Shown piece after piece: positions 16,165 to 24,696 of a stretch of 32,000 bases of DNA. Under the pieces are notes generated by a model. It worked only from the letters and a program-made list of their open reading frames with translations. It did no database searches and was not told where the DNA came from. Position numbers and translations under genes: made by a program. Positions within the stretch are counted from its first letter, which is position 1, and each line of letters opens with the position of its first letter. The stretch is from Massilicoli timonensis. GTDB lineage: Bacteria; Bacillota_I; Bacilli_A; Erysipelotrichales; Erysipelotrichaceae. The stretch is from NCBI RefSeq assembly GCF_900199515.1, contig NZ_LT963434.1, positions 84,057 to 116,056 on the forward strand. The letters run 5' to 3'.

Positions 16165-16915
16165 AATCGGTATGATCGATTCGGGAATGGGCGGCCTGCT
16201 GGTGCTGAAGGCATGTGTTGAGGCACATCCTGAATGTGATTTTGTATTTGTTGGCGATCAGCTGCATGCACCTTATGGCGAGCATGACGCGGAAAAGATC
16301 TTTCATTATGTAACGGTCATCATGGAGTATTTTGCTTCTTTGCATATTTATGACATCATCATCGGCTGCAATACGATCTGTGCCAACATTCTGCCGCAGC
16401 TGCGGGCACGTTTTAGTCGGTTTCGTTTTTTTGAAATCATCGATCCGACGGTAGCACAGCTTCCACGCGGCGTGCATCGCCACTTAGCCGTTTTATCGAC
16501 AGAGGCAACGGCAAAGACCCATGCATATAAAAACGCGATCCAACACTTTGATCCCGCGATTGCGGTGCAGGAGATCGCCTGTCCTGAATTTGTGCCGCTC
16601 ATTGAAGGAAATGCCAGTGCCGCGCGTTTGACGCAGGCCGTAAAAAAGCGCTTAAAGGGCGTGACCTGCGATGGGGTCGTGCTGGCGTGTACGCACTATC
16701 CTTATCTGCGGGAGGCGATTGCGGCGTGTCTGCATGTACCGATCTATGATTCCAACCAAGCGATCGTAAATCGTTATCCGTGGCCGGTATCTCACAAGCA
16801 GGAGAAAGGGAGCGTGACGATCTATTCCACACTCGATGGAGAACAGATGGAGAAGCAGATTGCGAGCTTATTGAAGCAAGACTGGAAAGTCAAGACGCTG
16901 ATCTTGGACTTCTAG
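16154..16915 (+). CDS. murI: Glutamate racemase
   Basis: IGMIDSGMGG, and both catalytic Cys motifs are present (IIIGCNTICA and VLACTHYPYL). Overlaps the upstream gene by 11 nt. Confidence 0.9.
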   Translation: MSSKIGMIDSGMGGLLVLKACVEAHPECDFVFVGDQLHAPYGEHDAEKIFHYVTVIMEYFASLHIYDIIIGCNTICANILPQLRARFSRFRFFEIIDPTVAQLPRGVHRHLAVLSTEATAKTHAYKNAIQHFDPAIAVQEIACPEFVPLIEGNASAARLTQAVKKRLKGVTCDGVVLACTHYPYLREAIAACLHVPIYDSNQAIVNRYPWPVSHKQEKGSVTIYSTLDGEQMEKQIASLLKQDWKVKTLILDF

Positions 16916-16960
16916 TCTTTTTTTAACAGCTTGCGCATATAGTGAGGTGAGGTGGAAGTG

Positions 16961-17917
16961 ATGAGAAAACAACAGGCACTGGGCATACTGGCGGCAGCGG
17001 CGTTATTGGCAGGCGGGTTCTTCTTTATCAATCGGCAGGAAACAAAAGAAACCTTGCGGGTCAATTCCACATCCAGCTGTATGATGCAGATGTACGCGCT
17101 GGATGAACAGGATACGCTGATTCCATTAAGCATTCCCTGTGAAGAAAAAGATCATATGAAAAAGCGCCTGCAACAGCTCGTAGCCAAAATGAGCAAAAAG
17201 CAGGGAGAAGGTCTGTTGCCGGTATTTGCGAAAGATACGAAGCTTGAAGATGCGGTATTGGTCGATCAAACCTTGACGCTGCAGTTCAATGAAGCATTCT
17301 TAAATTATGAAAAGGAGCATGAGCTGCGCGTTTTAGAGGCGATAGCGTGGCTTGGCACACAGTTTGAGGGGGTGGCACAGGTACAGATCGCAATAGGAGA
17401 TGACACATTGCAAACGATGCCTAACGGAACCCCGATCCCTGCCGTCTTGAACCGCAAGATCGGCATCAATAACTTTCTGACATCGACAAGCGCACTGCAT
17501 GACAGTGATGCGATGACCGTCTTTTATACGAAGGAAGTCATGGATAAAACTTTCTATGTGCCAAAAACCAAGCGGGTATCCGCAAATCTATCCGATGTCG
17601 ATGCCTATATCGATGCGATCTTGGCAGATGTGAGCGTAAACAGCTCTCTAAAGCAGCCGCTTGCTCAGGAAAAAGTCAAAACGACAGCGGCCAGCGTCAT
17701 GCGGGAAAACGTCTTGCAGGTGCATTTGGACAACCGCATCCTCGCAGAAGATCAGACCGCGAAAAAGCAGGCCTATGAAACCTTGATCCTGTCGCTTTGC
17801 ATGTTAGATCACGTCGAACAGGTACAGGTACTGGTAGATGATGTGGCGGTGACGCTGCATGGCATGAATGATCGATCCTGTTCGGCCGCAGAACTCATTT
17901 ATAATGAAATCGAATAA
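16961..17917 (+). CDS. GerM-like protein (two GerMN-type repeats), N-terminal membrane anchor
   Basis: ATG 16961 follows GAGGTGAGGTGG. The hydrophobic N-terminus is LGILAAAALLAGGFFF. Repeated ..TLTLQFNEAF../..VLQVHLDNRI.. beta-rich modules. Adjacent to murI as gerM is to racE in B. subtilis. The family call rests partly on synteny. Confidence 0.55.
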   Translation: MRKQQALGILAAAALLAGGFFFINRQETKETLRVNSTSSCMMQMYALDEQDTLIPLSIPCEEKDHMKKRLQQLVAKMSKKQGEGLLPVFAKDTKLEDAVLVDQTLTLQFNEAFLNYEKEHELRVLEAIAWLGTQFEGVAQVQIAIGDDTLQTMPNGTPIPAVLNRKIGINNFLTSTSALHDSDAMTVFYTKEVMDKTFYVPKTKRVSANLSDVDAYIDAILADVSVNSSLKQPLAQEKVKTTAASVMRENVLQVHLDNRILAEDQTAKKQAYETLILSLCMLDHVEQVQVLVDDVAVTLHGMNDRSCSAAELIYNEIE

Positions 17918-17978
17918 AAAAAAGATCAGTGTGAAAGCATTGGCGAAAGTAGGTCAAAAGCTTTCCGACCGATCTTTT

Positions 17979-18443
17979 TTAACGTTCACGAAAGACAAAT
18001 GTGACATCGACAATGTCCTCTTGCAGCGTTACGATCGCATAAGAGGGGGCACGCTGATCCCGGGAACGCCATAAAGAACCGGGATTGATCAAATGTACGC
18101 CGTCAATGACATCGTGTGCCGCGACATGCGTATGGCCGTAGAAGAAAATGCGGCAGTCCTGTTCTCTGGCATAGTTTGCCATATGGCGCAGACGATTGCC
18201 GTAAGGAAACTGATGACCGTGCATCATCAAGATGCGCTGTCCCATCAAAGTGAGGATCCGCTGTTTGGGATAGTCATAGAAAAGGTCATTGTTTCCCTGC
18301 ACCGTGATCAGGTTCGGATATAAGTCTTCATCAGCGTCGATATCACCGCAGTGCAGATAAGCGTCGGCATCAGGATGCGCGTGGATGACCTGATCGATCT
18401 TATCATGGAAGCCGTGGCTGTCGCTCATAACGATTAGTTTCAT
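17979..18443 (-). CDS. YfcE/YsnB-type metallophosphoesterase
   Basis: MKLIVMSDSHG, HCGDI, GNND, MMHGHQF and GHTH motifs are all present. I prefer the start at 18443 over the track start 18488, which adds 15 atypical residues. Confidence 0.85.
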   Translation of the reverse strand: MKLIVMSDSHGFHDKIDQVIHAHPDADAYLHCGDIDADEDLYPNLITVQGNNDLFYDYPKQRILTLMGQRILMMHGHQFPYGNRLRHMANYAREQDCRIFFYGHTHVAAHDVIDGVHLINPGSLWRSRDQRAPSYAIVTLQEDIVDVTFVFRER

Positions 18444-18600
18444 TTTTATCACCGCTATCATCATAACAAAAAAGCGGTTATTTGCCAAGGTGAGAAAAGC
18501 AAGCCGTCAAGAAACACCGTATGAATGCGCGGCAATTATGGGAAAGTTGTCAAAAGCGACGTTTTTTCAGCTGTTTTGATGAGAAAAAGGTAACCGACAA

Positions 18601-18629
18601 TTGCACTGACAAGTAAAGTGTGCTATTAT
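18601..18629 (+). promoter_or_regulatory. Putative extended -10 promoter
   Basis: TTGCAC (18601-18606), 17-nt spacer including TGc, TATTAT (18624-18629). Confidence 0.5.
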
Positions 18630-18657
18630 AAAAAAGCTTTTAGAAAAGGTGAATGCC

Positions 18658-19386
18658 ATGGATTATTATGAGGAAATCGCAGCGCAGGCTAAGGCGTTGA
18701 TGGACGCAGGCGACTTTGATGCAGCTTTTGCACTGCTGGATGTAGAGCTGAAGATGCCCTATATTCCCAAGCAGCAGGAGGAAGTGCTGGTAGCCTACTA
18801 CAATCGCTGCCGCATGGAGCGAAACGCACAAAAACCGATCAGAAGAGCAAGCCTCGATCAGTTGGAGGATCTGTTGAACGGTTCGCTGGACGAGCAGTTT
18901 CAGGCAGTGGAATTGTTGAGAGGCGCCAATGTACGGATGCACATGGAAGTGCTGCGGGATGCCTTATGCAGGGAAAAACTGCATTATTTGGTGCGCGCTT
19001 ATCTGGTTGAGATCTTGATCTCTCAGCAGCTCCACGAAGAGATCACGATGGTGCATGAGGGACTGGAAGTAACCTTCATTCCGGCTTTTGTGGAAGCGCC
19101 GATGGAAAGCGATGGCGCACTCATGGTAATCGAGCAGCTAAAAGAGTGGCTGGAAAACGAAGATCCAAGTTTTCTGGCGATGTGTGTAGAAGCGTTTATC
19201 AAAGAGGCTTACTTACAGCTCCCGTTCAATATCGAGGAAACGGAAGCGTTTGAAATAGCCTTGGCGATCGTCGCTTATGTCTATCGGGCATATGATGATC
19301 ACGCAGGCTTTGAAGCATTTTGTGAGACACATCGGATTTTATCAAAGGGATCGTATGCGTTATTATTAGATAAGCATGAGATTTGA
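18658..19386 (+). CDS. Hypothetical all-helical protein (242 aa), TPR-like N-terminus
   Basis: AAAGGTG SD 6 nt upstream of ATG 18658. Coding-like composition, no catalytic motif recognised. Lies immediately upstream of tig. Confidence 0.6.
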   Translation: MDYYEEIAAQAKALMDAGDFDAAFALLDVELKMPYIPKQQEEVLVAYYNRCRMERNAQKPIRRASLDQLEDLLNGSLDEQFQAVELLRGANVRMHMEVLRDALCREKLHYLVRAYLVEILISQQLHEEITMVHEGLEVTFIPAFVEAPMESDGALMVIEQLKEWLENEDPSFLAMCVEAFIKEAYLQLPFNIEETEAFEIALAIVAYVYRAYDDHAGFEAFCETHRILSKGSYALLLDKHEI

Positions 19387-19410
19387 AAAAATAGCATGAT
19401 CTTATATAAT
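19383..19410 (+). promoter_or_regulatory. Putative tig promoter
   Basis: TTGAAA (19383-19388, overlapping the upstream stop codon), 16-nt spacer, TATAAT (19405-19410). Confidence 0.5.
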
Positions 19411-19444
19411 AAGAGGTAGCAGTGTTGAAGTGGGAGGTATAACA

Positions 19445-20725
19445 ATGAGTTCAACATGGGAATTGAAGGAAAAATCAAAAGGTGAATTGAAGGTCGCATT
19501 GAGCGGTGAAGAATGGCAGAAAGCGTGTGACAAGGCATTCAAAAAAGTAGCGAAGAATGTAAATATCCCGGGCTTTCGCAAAGGCAGCGCACCGGCGGCG
19601 ATCGTAAAGAAACACGTTTCTAAACAGTCGGTATGGATGGAAGCGATCGATGCAACCGCAACAGCATTGCTGGTAGATGGCGTGAAGGAACATGAACTGG
19701 ATCTGATCGCTCGTCCGGAAATGAACATCGATGATGTGAATGAAGACGGCTACAAGCTGACCTTCTTCGTGACCGTGCGTCCGGAGGTAACACTTGGTGA
19801 TTACAAGGGACTGGACATTAAGAAAAAACGGGTCAGTGTCAGCGCCAAGGAAGTCGATGAAGAAGTAAATGCTTTGCAGAAACGCTATGCAGAGCTGGTC
19901 GTAAAAGAAGGCGATGACGCAGTGGTCGAAAACGGCGATACTGCGGAAATCGATTTTGAAGGCTTTAAGGACGGCATTCCGTTCGATGGCGGAAAGGCGG
20001 AGAAATTCCCGCTGGAAATCGGATCAGGACAGTTTATTCCGGGCTTTGAAGAACAGTTGGTAGGCATGAAGGCAGAAGAAAGCAAGGAAATCCAGGTAAC
20101 TTTCCCGGAAAACTATCATGCTGAAGAATTGGCGGGTGCGCCGGTTACATTCAAGGTAACCGTTCATGAGATCAAGGCGAAAGAGCTGCCGGAAATCAAT
20201 GACGATCTGATCAAGGAAGCCAATATCAAAGACGTGGAAACGGTAGAAGCATACCGTGAATACGCAAAGAAAAATCTGAGCGAACAAAAGAAAAGAAATG
20301 CGGAAAACGAATATAACAACGCGATCTTAAGCAAACTATGTGAGGTATGCCCAGTCGAGATCCCGCAGGTGATGATCGATGATGAGGTGGAATATCTGTA
20401 CCGTGATTTCGCAAGCAGAATCCAGTCACAGGGATTCACGATCGATCAGTTTAAGGCGATGACCGGTCAAAGCGAAGAATCGATCCGGGAAGAGCTGGCT
20501 AAGGATGCGGCTTCTAAAGTAAATATCCGTTTGGTATTGGAAGCGATCGCGAAAGCGGAAAAGATCGAAGCGAGCGAAGCCGAATGCGATGAAGAGATCA
20601 AACGTATTGCGGGTCTGTATGGCATGGATGAAAAGGTCGTACGGGAGCGCATCGGTGATCAGGTAAAATATGATGTTTGCAACCGCAAAGCTCTGGATCT
20701 GGTAAAAGAATCAGCCGGAAAGTAA
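19445..20725 (+). CDS. tig: Trigger factor
   Basis: GGGAGG lies 8 nt upstream of ATG 19445. N-terminal ribosome-binding GFRKGSAP motif, central FKBP PPIase (EIDFEGFKDGIPFDGG...QFIPGFEEQLVGM) and a C-terminal helical domain. Confidence 0.95.
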   Translation: MSSTWELKEKSKGELKVALSGEEWQKACDKAFKKVAKNVNIPGFRKGSAPAAIVKKHVSKQSVWMEAIDATATALLVDGVKEHELDLIARPEMNIDDVNEDGYKLTFFVTVRPEVTLGDYKGLDIKKKRVSVSAKEVDEEVNALQKRYAELVVKEGDDAVVENGDTAEIDFEGFKDGIPFDGGKAEKFPLEIGSGQFIPGFEEQLVGMKAEESKEIQVTFPENYHAEELAGAPVTFKVTVHEIKAKELPEINDDLIKEANIKDVETVEAYREYAKKNLSEQKKRNAENEYNNAILSKLCEVCPVEIPQVMIDDEVEYLYRDFASRIQSQGFTIDQFKAMTGQSEESIREELAKDAASKVNIRLVLEAIAKAEKIEASEAECDEEIKRIAGLYGMDEKVVRERIGDQVKYDVCNRKALDLVKESAGK

Positions 20726-20730
20726 CAAGG

Positions 20731-20756
20731 AAAAGACGCTGATGCGTCTTTTTTCA
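20731..20756 (+). terminator. Intrinsic terminator after tig
   Basis: AAAGACGC-tgat-GCGTCTTT followed by a T-run. Confidence 0.8.
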
Positions 20757-20782
20757 ACACAAGCACAGGAAGGAGTGTTTTT

Positions 20783-23101
20783 ATGGAAGAGATGAAAAGC
20801 GAAGTCCTGCGTCCACTTGTCTGCACAAGGGGCATCATTGTCTTTCCTTCACAGGAAGTCATCATTGATGTCGGAAGAAGCAAGAGCATCAAAGCAGTGG
20901 AGGAAGCACAGGAGCATTTTGAAGGCAAGGTGATCCTGAGTGCGCAAAAAGATGTAACGGTCGATGATCCAAACGATCAGCAGATGTTCCATGTCGGCAC
21001 GTTATGCAATATCGTGCATATTCGCCGGATGGATGGCTATATTCGGGTCAAATTCAGAGGATTGAAGCGCGTGGCGCTACATTCGATCCTCGATGAAAAT
21101 ACGATGCTGAGCGCGCATGTTTCAATCATTGAAGATGTGAAGCAAGATGAAAAAGAAGAAATCGCTTTGGTAAGAAAAATTGCCAAGCAGTTAGAGGAAT
21201 TAGATGTTTTGGGCCAGCATTTGCCTAAGGAAGTGATCAATGAACTGGCAAACGGCGTATCTGCCGGTCAGCTTTCCGATCAGATCGCGCAGATCTTGCC
21301 GATTTCTTTGGATCAGCGGCAGCGGCTGTTAGAAACCGCGGCGATCAACGATCGTTTGTTAATGATCTTGGAAGAGATGGAAAGTGAAAAAGAACTTTCG
21401 GCAATCGAAGAGCGGATCAATGAAAAGGTCAAGACGCGCATCGAGGACAGCCAGAAGGAATACTATCTGCGTGAAAAGATGCGGGCGATCAAGGAAGAAC
21501 TGGGGGATGTGCCGGAGCATGACAGCGATGTAGACGCCATGCGTAAAATGATCGAGGAAAATCCTTATCCCCAGCATATCAAAGAAAAAGCGAAGGAAGA
21601 ATTGCAGCGTTATGAACTGCTGCCGGCCGCAAGCGGTGAGTCCGGTGTGATCAAAAGCTACTTAGACTGGCTGTTAAAGCTGCCTTGGTGGCAGAAATCA
21701 CAGGATAATGAGAATTTAAGCGAAGCCGCATCGATCTTAGATGAAGATCATTACGGTCTGGAAAAGGTAAAGGAGCGGATCTTGGAATATCTGGCAGTGA
21801 AGCAGATGACCAATTCGCTGCGGGCGCCGATCCTATGTTTGGTAGGGCCGCCGGGCGTCGGGAAAACATCGCTTTCCAAGTCGGTGGCGCGGGCCTTAGG
21901 AAGAGCGTTTGTCAAGATCTCTTTGGGCGGTGTAAAAGATGAAAGTGAGATTCGCGGCCATCGTAGAACCTATTTAGGCGCTCTGCCGGGAAGATTCATT
22001 CAGGGAATGAAAAAAGCGGGAACGATCAATCCGGTCTTTCTGATCGATGAGATCGATAAAATGGCAAGCGACTATAAGGGCGATCCGGCCAGCGCGATGC
22101 TAGAGGTGCTGGATCCGGAACAAAATGCGCTGTTCTCAGATCATTATCTGGAGGAACCGTATGATCTCTCTAATGTGCTTTTTATCGCAACGGCGAATTA
22201 TTTGGAAAATATTCCAAACGCTTTGCGTGATCGCTTGGAGATCATTGAGCTGTCTTCTTATACGGAATTGGAAAAATGCAATATCGCGATGAAGCATCTT
22301 GTACCGAAGCAGTTAAAGGAAAACGGTTTGAAAGCATCGCAGATGAAGATCGATGAAGAGATGATCCTATATCTGATCCGCTACTATACAAGAGAAAGCG
22401 GTGTGCGTCAGTTAGAACGGGTCATTGCAACGCTTTGTCGAAAAAGTGTATTGCTCATCTTAAAGGAAGGAAAACGCAGTGTCAAGATCAGCAAGAAGCT
22501 CATTCAAAGCTGGCTGGGCCATGAGAAATTCGAATATGGCAAACGGGAATTAAAAGATCAGGTCGGTACCGTTACCGGACTTGCCTACACTTCCTTTGGC
22601 GGCGATGTGCTTCAGATCGAAGTGAATTATTTTGAAGGCAGCGGCAAGCTGGTGCTGACAGGTCAGCTGGGCGATGTCATGAAGGAGAGTGCGACCATCG
22701 CTTACGACTATGTAAAAGCGAATGCCAAGCAGTTCCAGATCCCGTCCACGCTGTTTGAAAAGCATGATGTGCATATCCATGTGCCGGATGGCGCTGTGCC
22801 AAAAGATGGACCTAGCGCCGGTATTACCCTCACTACCGCTTTGGTTTCGGCGTTAAGCAATCGGGCAGTCAGTGCGGATCTGGCAATGACCGGTGAGGTA
22901 ACGCTGCGCGGCAATGTCCTGCCGATCGGCGGCTTAAAGGAAAAATCAATGGCGGCGCATCGCTGTGGGATCAGTACCATCATCATTCCGAAAGCGAATA
23001 TGAAGGACATGGATGAGATTCCGGAAACGGTGAAAAAGAGCGTGAAGTTCATTCCGGTCGAGCATGTCAGTCAGGTGCTGCACACCGCTTTAGGGAAGTA
23101 G
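20783..23101 (+). CDS. lon: ATP-dependent Lon protease (LonA type)
   Basis: LON N-domain, Walker A GPPGVGKTS, Walker B VFLIDEIDK, and a protease domain with PKDGPSAGIT (catalytic Ser) and LPIGGLKEK (Lys). Confidence 0.95.
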   Translation: MEEMKSEVLRPLVCTRGIIVFPSQEVIIDVGRSKSIKAVEEAQEHFEGKVILSAQKDVTVDDPNDQQMFHVGTLCNIVHIRRMDGYIRVKFRGLKRVALHSILDENTMLSAHVSIIEDVKQDEKEEIALVRKIAKQLEELDVLGQHLPKEVINELANGVSAGQLSDQIAQILPISLDQRQRLLETAAINDRLLMILEEMESEKELSAIEERINEKVKTRIEDSQKEYYLREKMRAIKEELGDVPEHDSDVDAMRKMIEENPYPQHIKEKAKEELQRYELLPAASGESGVIKSYLDWLLKLPWWQKSQDNENLSEAASILDEDHYGLEKVKERILEYLAVKQMTNSLRAPILCLVGPPGVGKTSLSKSVARALGRAFVKISLGGVKDESEIRGHRRTYLGALPGRFIQGMKKAGTINPVFLIDEIDKMASDYKGDPASAMLEVLDPEQNALFSDHYLEEPYDLSNVLFIATANYLENIPNALRDRLEIIELSSYTELEKCNIAMKHLVPKQLKENGLKASQMKIDEEMILYLIRYYTRESGVRQLERVIATLCRKSVLLILKEGKRSVKISKKLIQSWLGHEKFEYGKRELKDQVGTVTGLAYTSFGGDVLQIEVNYFEGSGKLVLTGQLGDVMKESATIAYDYVKANAKQFQIPSTLFEKHDVHIHVPDGAVPKDGPSAGITLTTALVSALSNRAVSADLAMTGEVTLRGNVLPIGGLKEKSMAAHRCGISTIIIPKANMKDMDEIPETVKKSVKFIPVEHVSQVLHTALGK

Positions 23102-23102
23102 G

Positions 23103-23696
23103 ATGCAGATACAGGAAGCGGAACTGCTCATTTCTGCACCGGGAAAAGAGCAGTGGCCGGATACGCCTTACCCGGAAATCGTATTGGCAGGGCGCAGCAA
23201 TGTCGGGAAAAGCTCGCTGATCAATGCGCTGTGCGGACGTAAAAAGCTGGCTTATGTCGGCAATACGCCCGGCAAGACCAGATTGTTGAATTTCTTTCTG
23301 CTGAATCGCAAGCTGGTATTTGTCGATGTCCCGGGATATGGCTATGCCAATATCTCTAAACAGCAGCTGCTTCGCTTCGGCGAAATGATGGAAGATTACT
23401 TTCATGAGCGCAAACAGAAAAAAGCGCTGCTGCTCATAGTGGACGGCCGTCATAAACCGACTGACGATGATGTAACGATGCTGGAATTTGCCCGCTATTT
23501 TGAACTGCCGATCATCATTGCGGCAACCAAGATGGACAAAGTGAAAGCGTCGCAGCGTCAAAAGCAGCTAAAGCTGATCAGTGAAACGCTTGCTTTAAGC
23601 GAAGAGGATCATTTGATCCCGTGTTCTTCCGCTAATAAGGAAGGGATGGACCGCTTATGGGAAGTGATCCTGCATTATGCACAGATCGAGGTGTGA
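23103..23696 (+). CDS. engB: Ribosome-biogenesis GTPase EngB/YsxC
   Basis: G1 GRSNVGKSSLIN, G3 DVPGYG, G4 ATKMDK. Sits directly after lon, as ysxC does in Bacillus. Confidence 0.9.
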   Translation: MQIQEAELLISAPGKEQWPDTPYPEIVLAGRSNVGKSSLINALCGRKKLAYVGNTPGKTRLLNFFLLNRKLVFVDVPGYGYANISKQQLLRFGEMMEDYFHERKQKKALLLIVDGRHKPTDDDVTMLEFARYFELPIIIAATKMDKVKASQRQKQLKLISETLALSEEDHLIPCSSANKEGMDRLWEVILHYAQIEV

Positions 23697-23712
23697 AAAC
23701 ACCTCTTTTTTT
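23688..23712 (+). terminator. Intrinsic terminator
   Basis: GAGGTGT-gaaa-ACACCTC plus T7, overlapping the engB stop codon. Confidence 0.85.
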
Positions 23713-23767
23713 ATTGAAAGGCATAGCAAAGAAAGCTTCTTCATATGTTACTATAGGAGGAATACAG

Positions 23768-24364
23768 ATGAGAACAATGAAAATAGAGAAGCTTTTAGAG
23801 ATGGATGAGCCCGTATTGGCCGTTCATCAGCTGAAAGTAGAAGAAGATTTACGCTATGAAAGACAAAGTGATGGGATCCATGCGTCAGGTCCGGTTTACA
23901 TCAGCGGCAGTTGGAGTGCGGAAAGCGGCACCTATCCGATCTCGGAAGTGCTGGAGTTTGACGTTCTGGCGCCGCAGGAAAAGCTGTCAGGTGAAGCGTT
24001 TCATCTCGATGTGATCAGTGTCAAAAGCGAGATCTTGCATGATCAGATCGTAATTGAGATCGCCTTTGCGGTAAGCGGTTTGATCGAGGAGGAGAAGAAC
24101 GCGCCGGCCTTGTGTGAAGAAAGCGAGCAGGAGGAAGCAAAAACAGAGAAGCAGGATGAAGCGGAAATGATCGATGTAAGTGAATCATTCGAGGATCTGC
24201 TTGAGGACGATAATTCGACGCTCACAACCTATCGCTTTGTCGTAGCACGAAAGAATGATACGTATGCGGCGATCGCGCAGCGCTATGCAGTGGCGGAAGC
24301 AGATCTGCGGGAAGTCAATCATCATAAGGAAATTCCCTATAAGACGCTGGTGCTGCTTCCTTAA
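23768..24364 (+). CDS. LysM-domain protein with an acidic linker (198 aa)
   Basis: AGGAGG lies 7 nt upstream of ATG 23768, so the track start 23657 would read through the terminator. C-terminal LysM-like TYRFVVARKNDTYAAIAQRYAVAEADLREVNHHKEIPYKTLVLLP, a Glu-rich linker, and a beta-rich N-domain. Confidence 0.7.
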   Translation: MRTMKIEKLLEMDEPVLAVHQLKVEEDLRYERQSDGIHASGPVYISGSWSAESGTYPISEVLEFDVLAPQEKLSGEAFHLDVISVKSEILHDQIVIEIAFAVSGLIEEEKNAPALCEESEQEEAKTEKQDEAEMIDVSESFEDLLEDDNSTLTTYRFVVARKNDTYAAIAQRYAVAEADLREVNHHKEIPYKTLVLLP

Positions 24365-24371
24365 ATAAATG

Positions 24372-24407
24372 AAAACGGTTGATAGGTCTGACTTTGACCG
24401 TTTTTTT
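24372..24407 (+). terminator. Intrinsic terminator
   Basis: AAAACGGT...ACCGTTTT stem with an internal GGTC/GACC helix and a T7 tail. Confidence 0.7.
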
Positions 24408-24427
24408 GTATATATATTTCAAAAGCA

Positions 24428-24456
24428 TTGCAATTCATTGCGCTTTTCATTATAAT
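24428..24456 (+). promoter_or_regulatory. Sigma-A-type promoter of the T-box leader
   Basis: TTGCAA (24428-24433), 17-nt spacer, TATAAT (24451-24456). Confidence 0.65.
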
Positions 24457-24462
24457 AGTAAC

Positions 24463-24680
24463 ATAAATGCGATGAATAGAAGGAGTAGCGTTCATTTTTC
24501 ATCAAAGCGAGTGTCAGATGGTGAAAGGGCATATGAAAAGGTGCGTGAAGGTAGTCTAGGAGCAGATATATTGAACAAAGCAGTAGGTATATCCGCATCA
24601 CAAGCGTTATTGTGCGAGGCAGCAATGCGAAATAAGGTGGTACCACGTTGATGACGTCCTTTGTCGGACGTTTTTCTTTT
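24463..24680 (+). promoter_or_regulatory. T-box riboswitch leader (tRNA-Val inferred)
   Basis: K-turn GCGATGA (24469-24475), AGTA (24484-24487), AG-bulge AGCGA (24506-24510), distal loop GGTGAAA (24520-24526), specifier region GAAGGTAG (24547-24554), F-box CGTTA (24605-24609), and T-box core AATAAGGTGGTACCACG (24631-24647) with UGGU. Terminator GACGTCC-tttgtc-GGACGTT plus T-run (24653-24680). Confidence 0.9.
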
Positions 24681-24696
24681 TTTCTAGGAGGAAAAC

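Noticed and set aside
17918-17978. Possible bidirectional terminator between the gerM-like and phosphoesterase genes
   Set aside because: AAAAAGATC...GATCTTTTT can pair, but it encloses a ~36-nt loop with only a weak inner helix. That is too weak to list as a feature, although termination probably occurs here.
23067-23561. 164-aa antisense ORF over engB
   Set aside because: It is a shadow ORF opposite a GTPase gene with intact G1-G4 motifs.
23657-23767. Upstream extensions of track ORFs: LysM 23657, valS 25164, mutS2 9264, ROK 13700, tig 19430, gerM-like 16952
   Set aside because: In each case an internal ATG with a well-spaced strong SD gives the family-typical N-terminus. The extension overlaps a terminator or the preceding gene.
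24547-24554. Reading the T-box specifier as GGU (Gly) because GAA directly precedes it
   Set aside because: The UGGU antiterminator bulge predicts an A73 discriminator (tRNA-Val, not tRNA-Gly). GUA plus a purine abuts the lower helix, and the regulated aaRS is valS. I keep it as a stated ambiguity.
24379-24651. 90-aa ORF in the track (MIGLTLTVFLYIYF...)
   Set aside because: It spans the terminator of the LysM gene, the promoter and the whole T-box leader. It has no SD, an odd composition, and every T-box element falls inside it. The region is RNA-regulatory, not coding.
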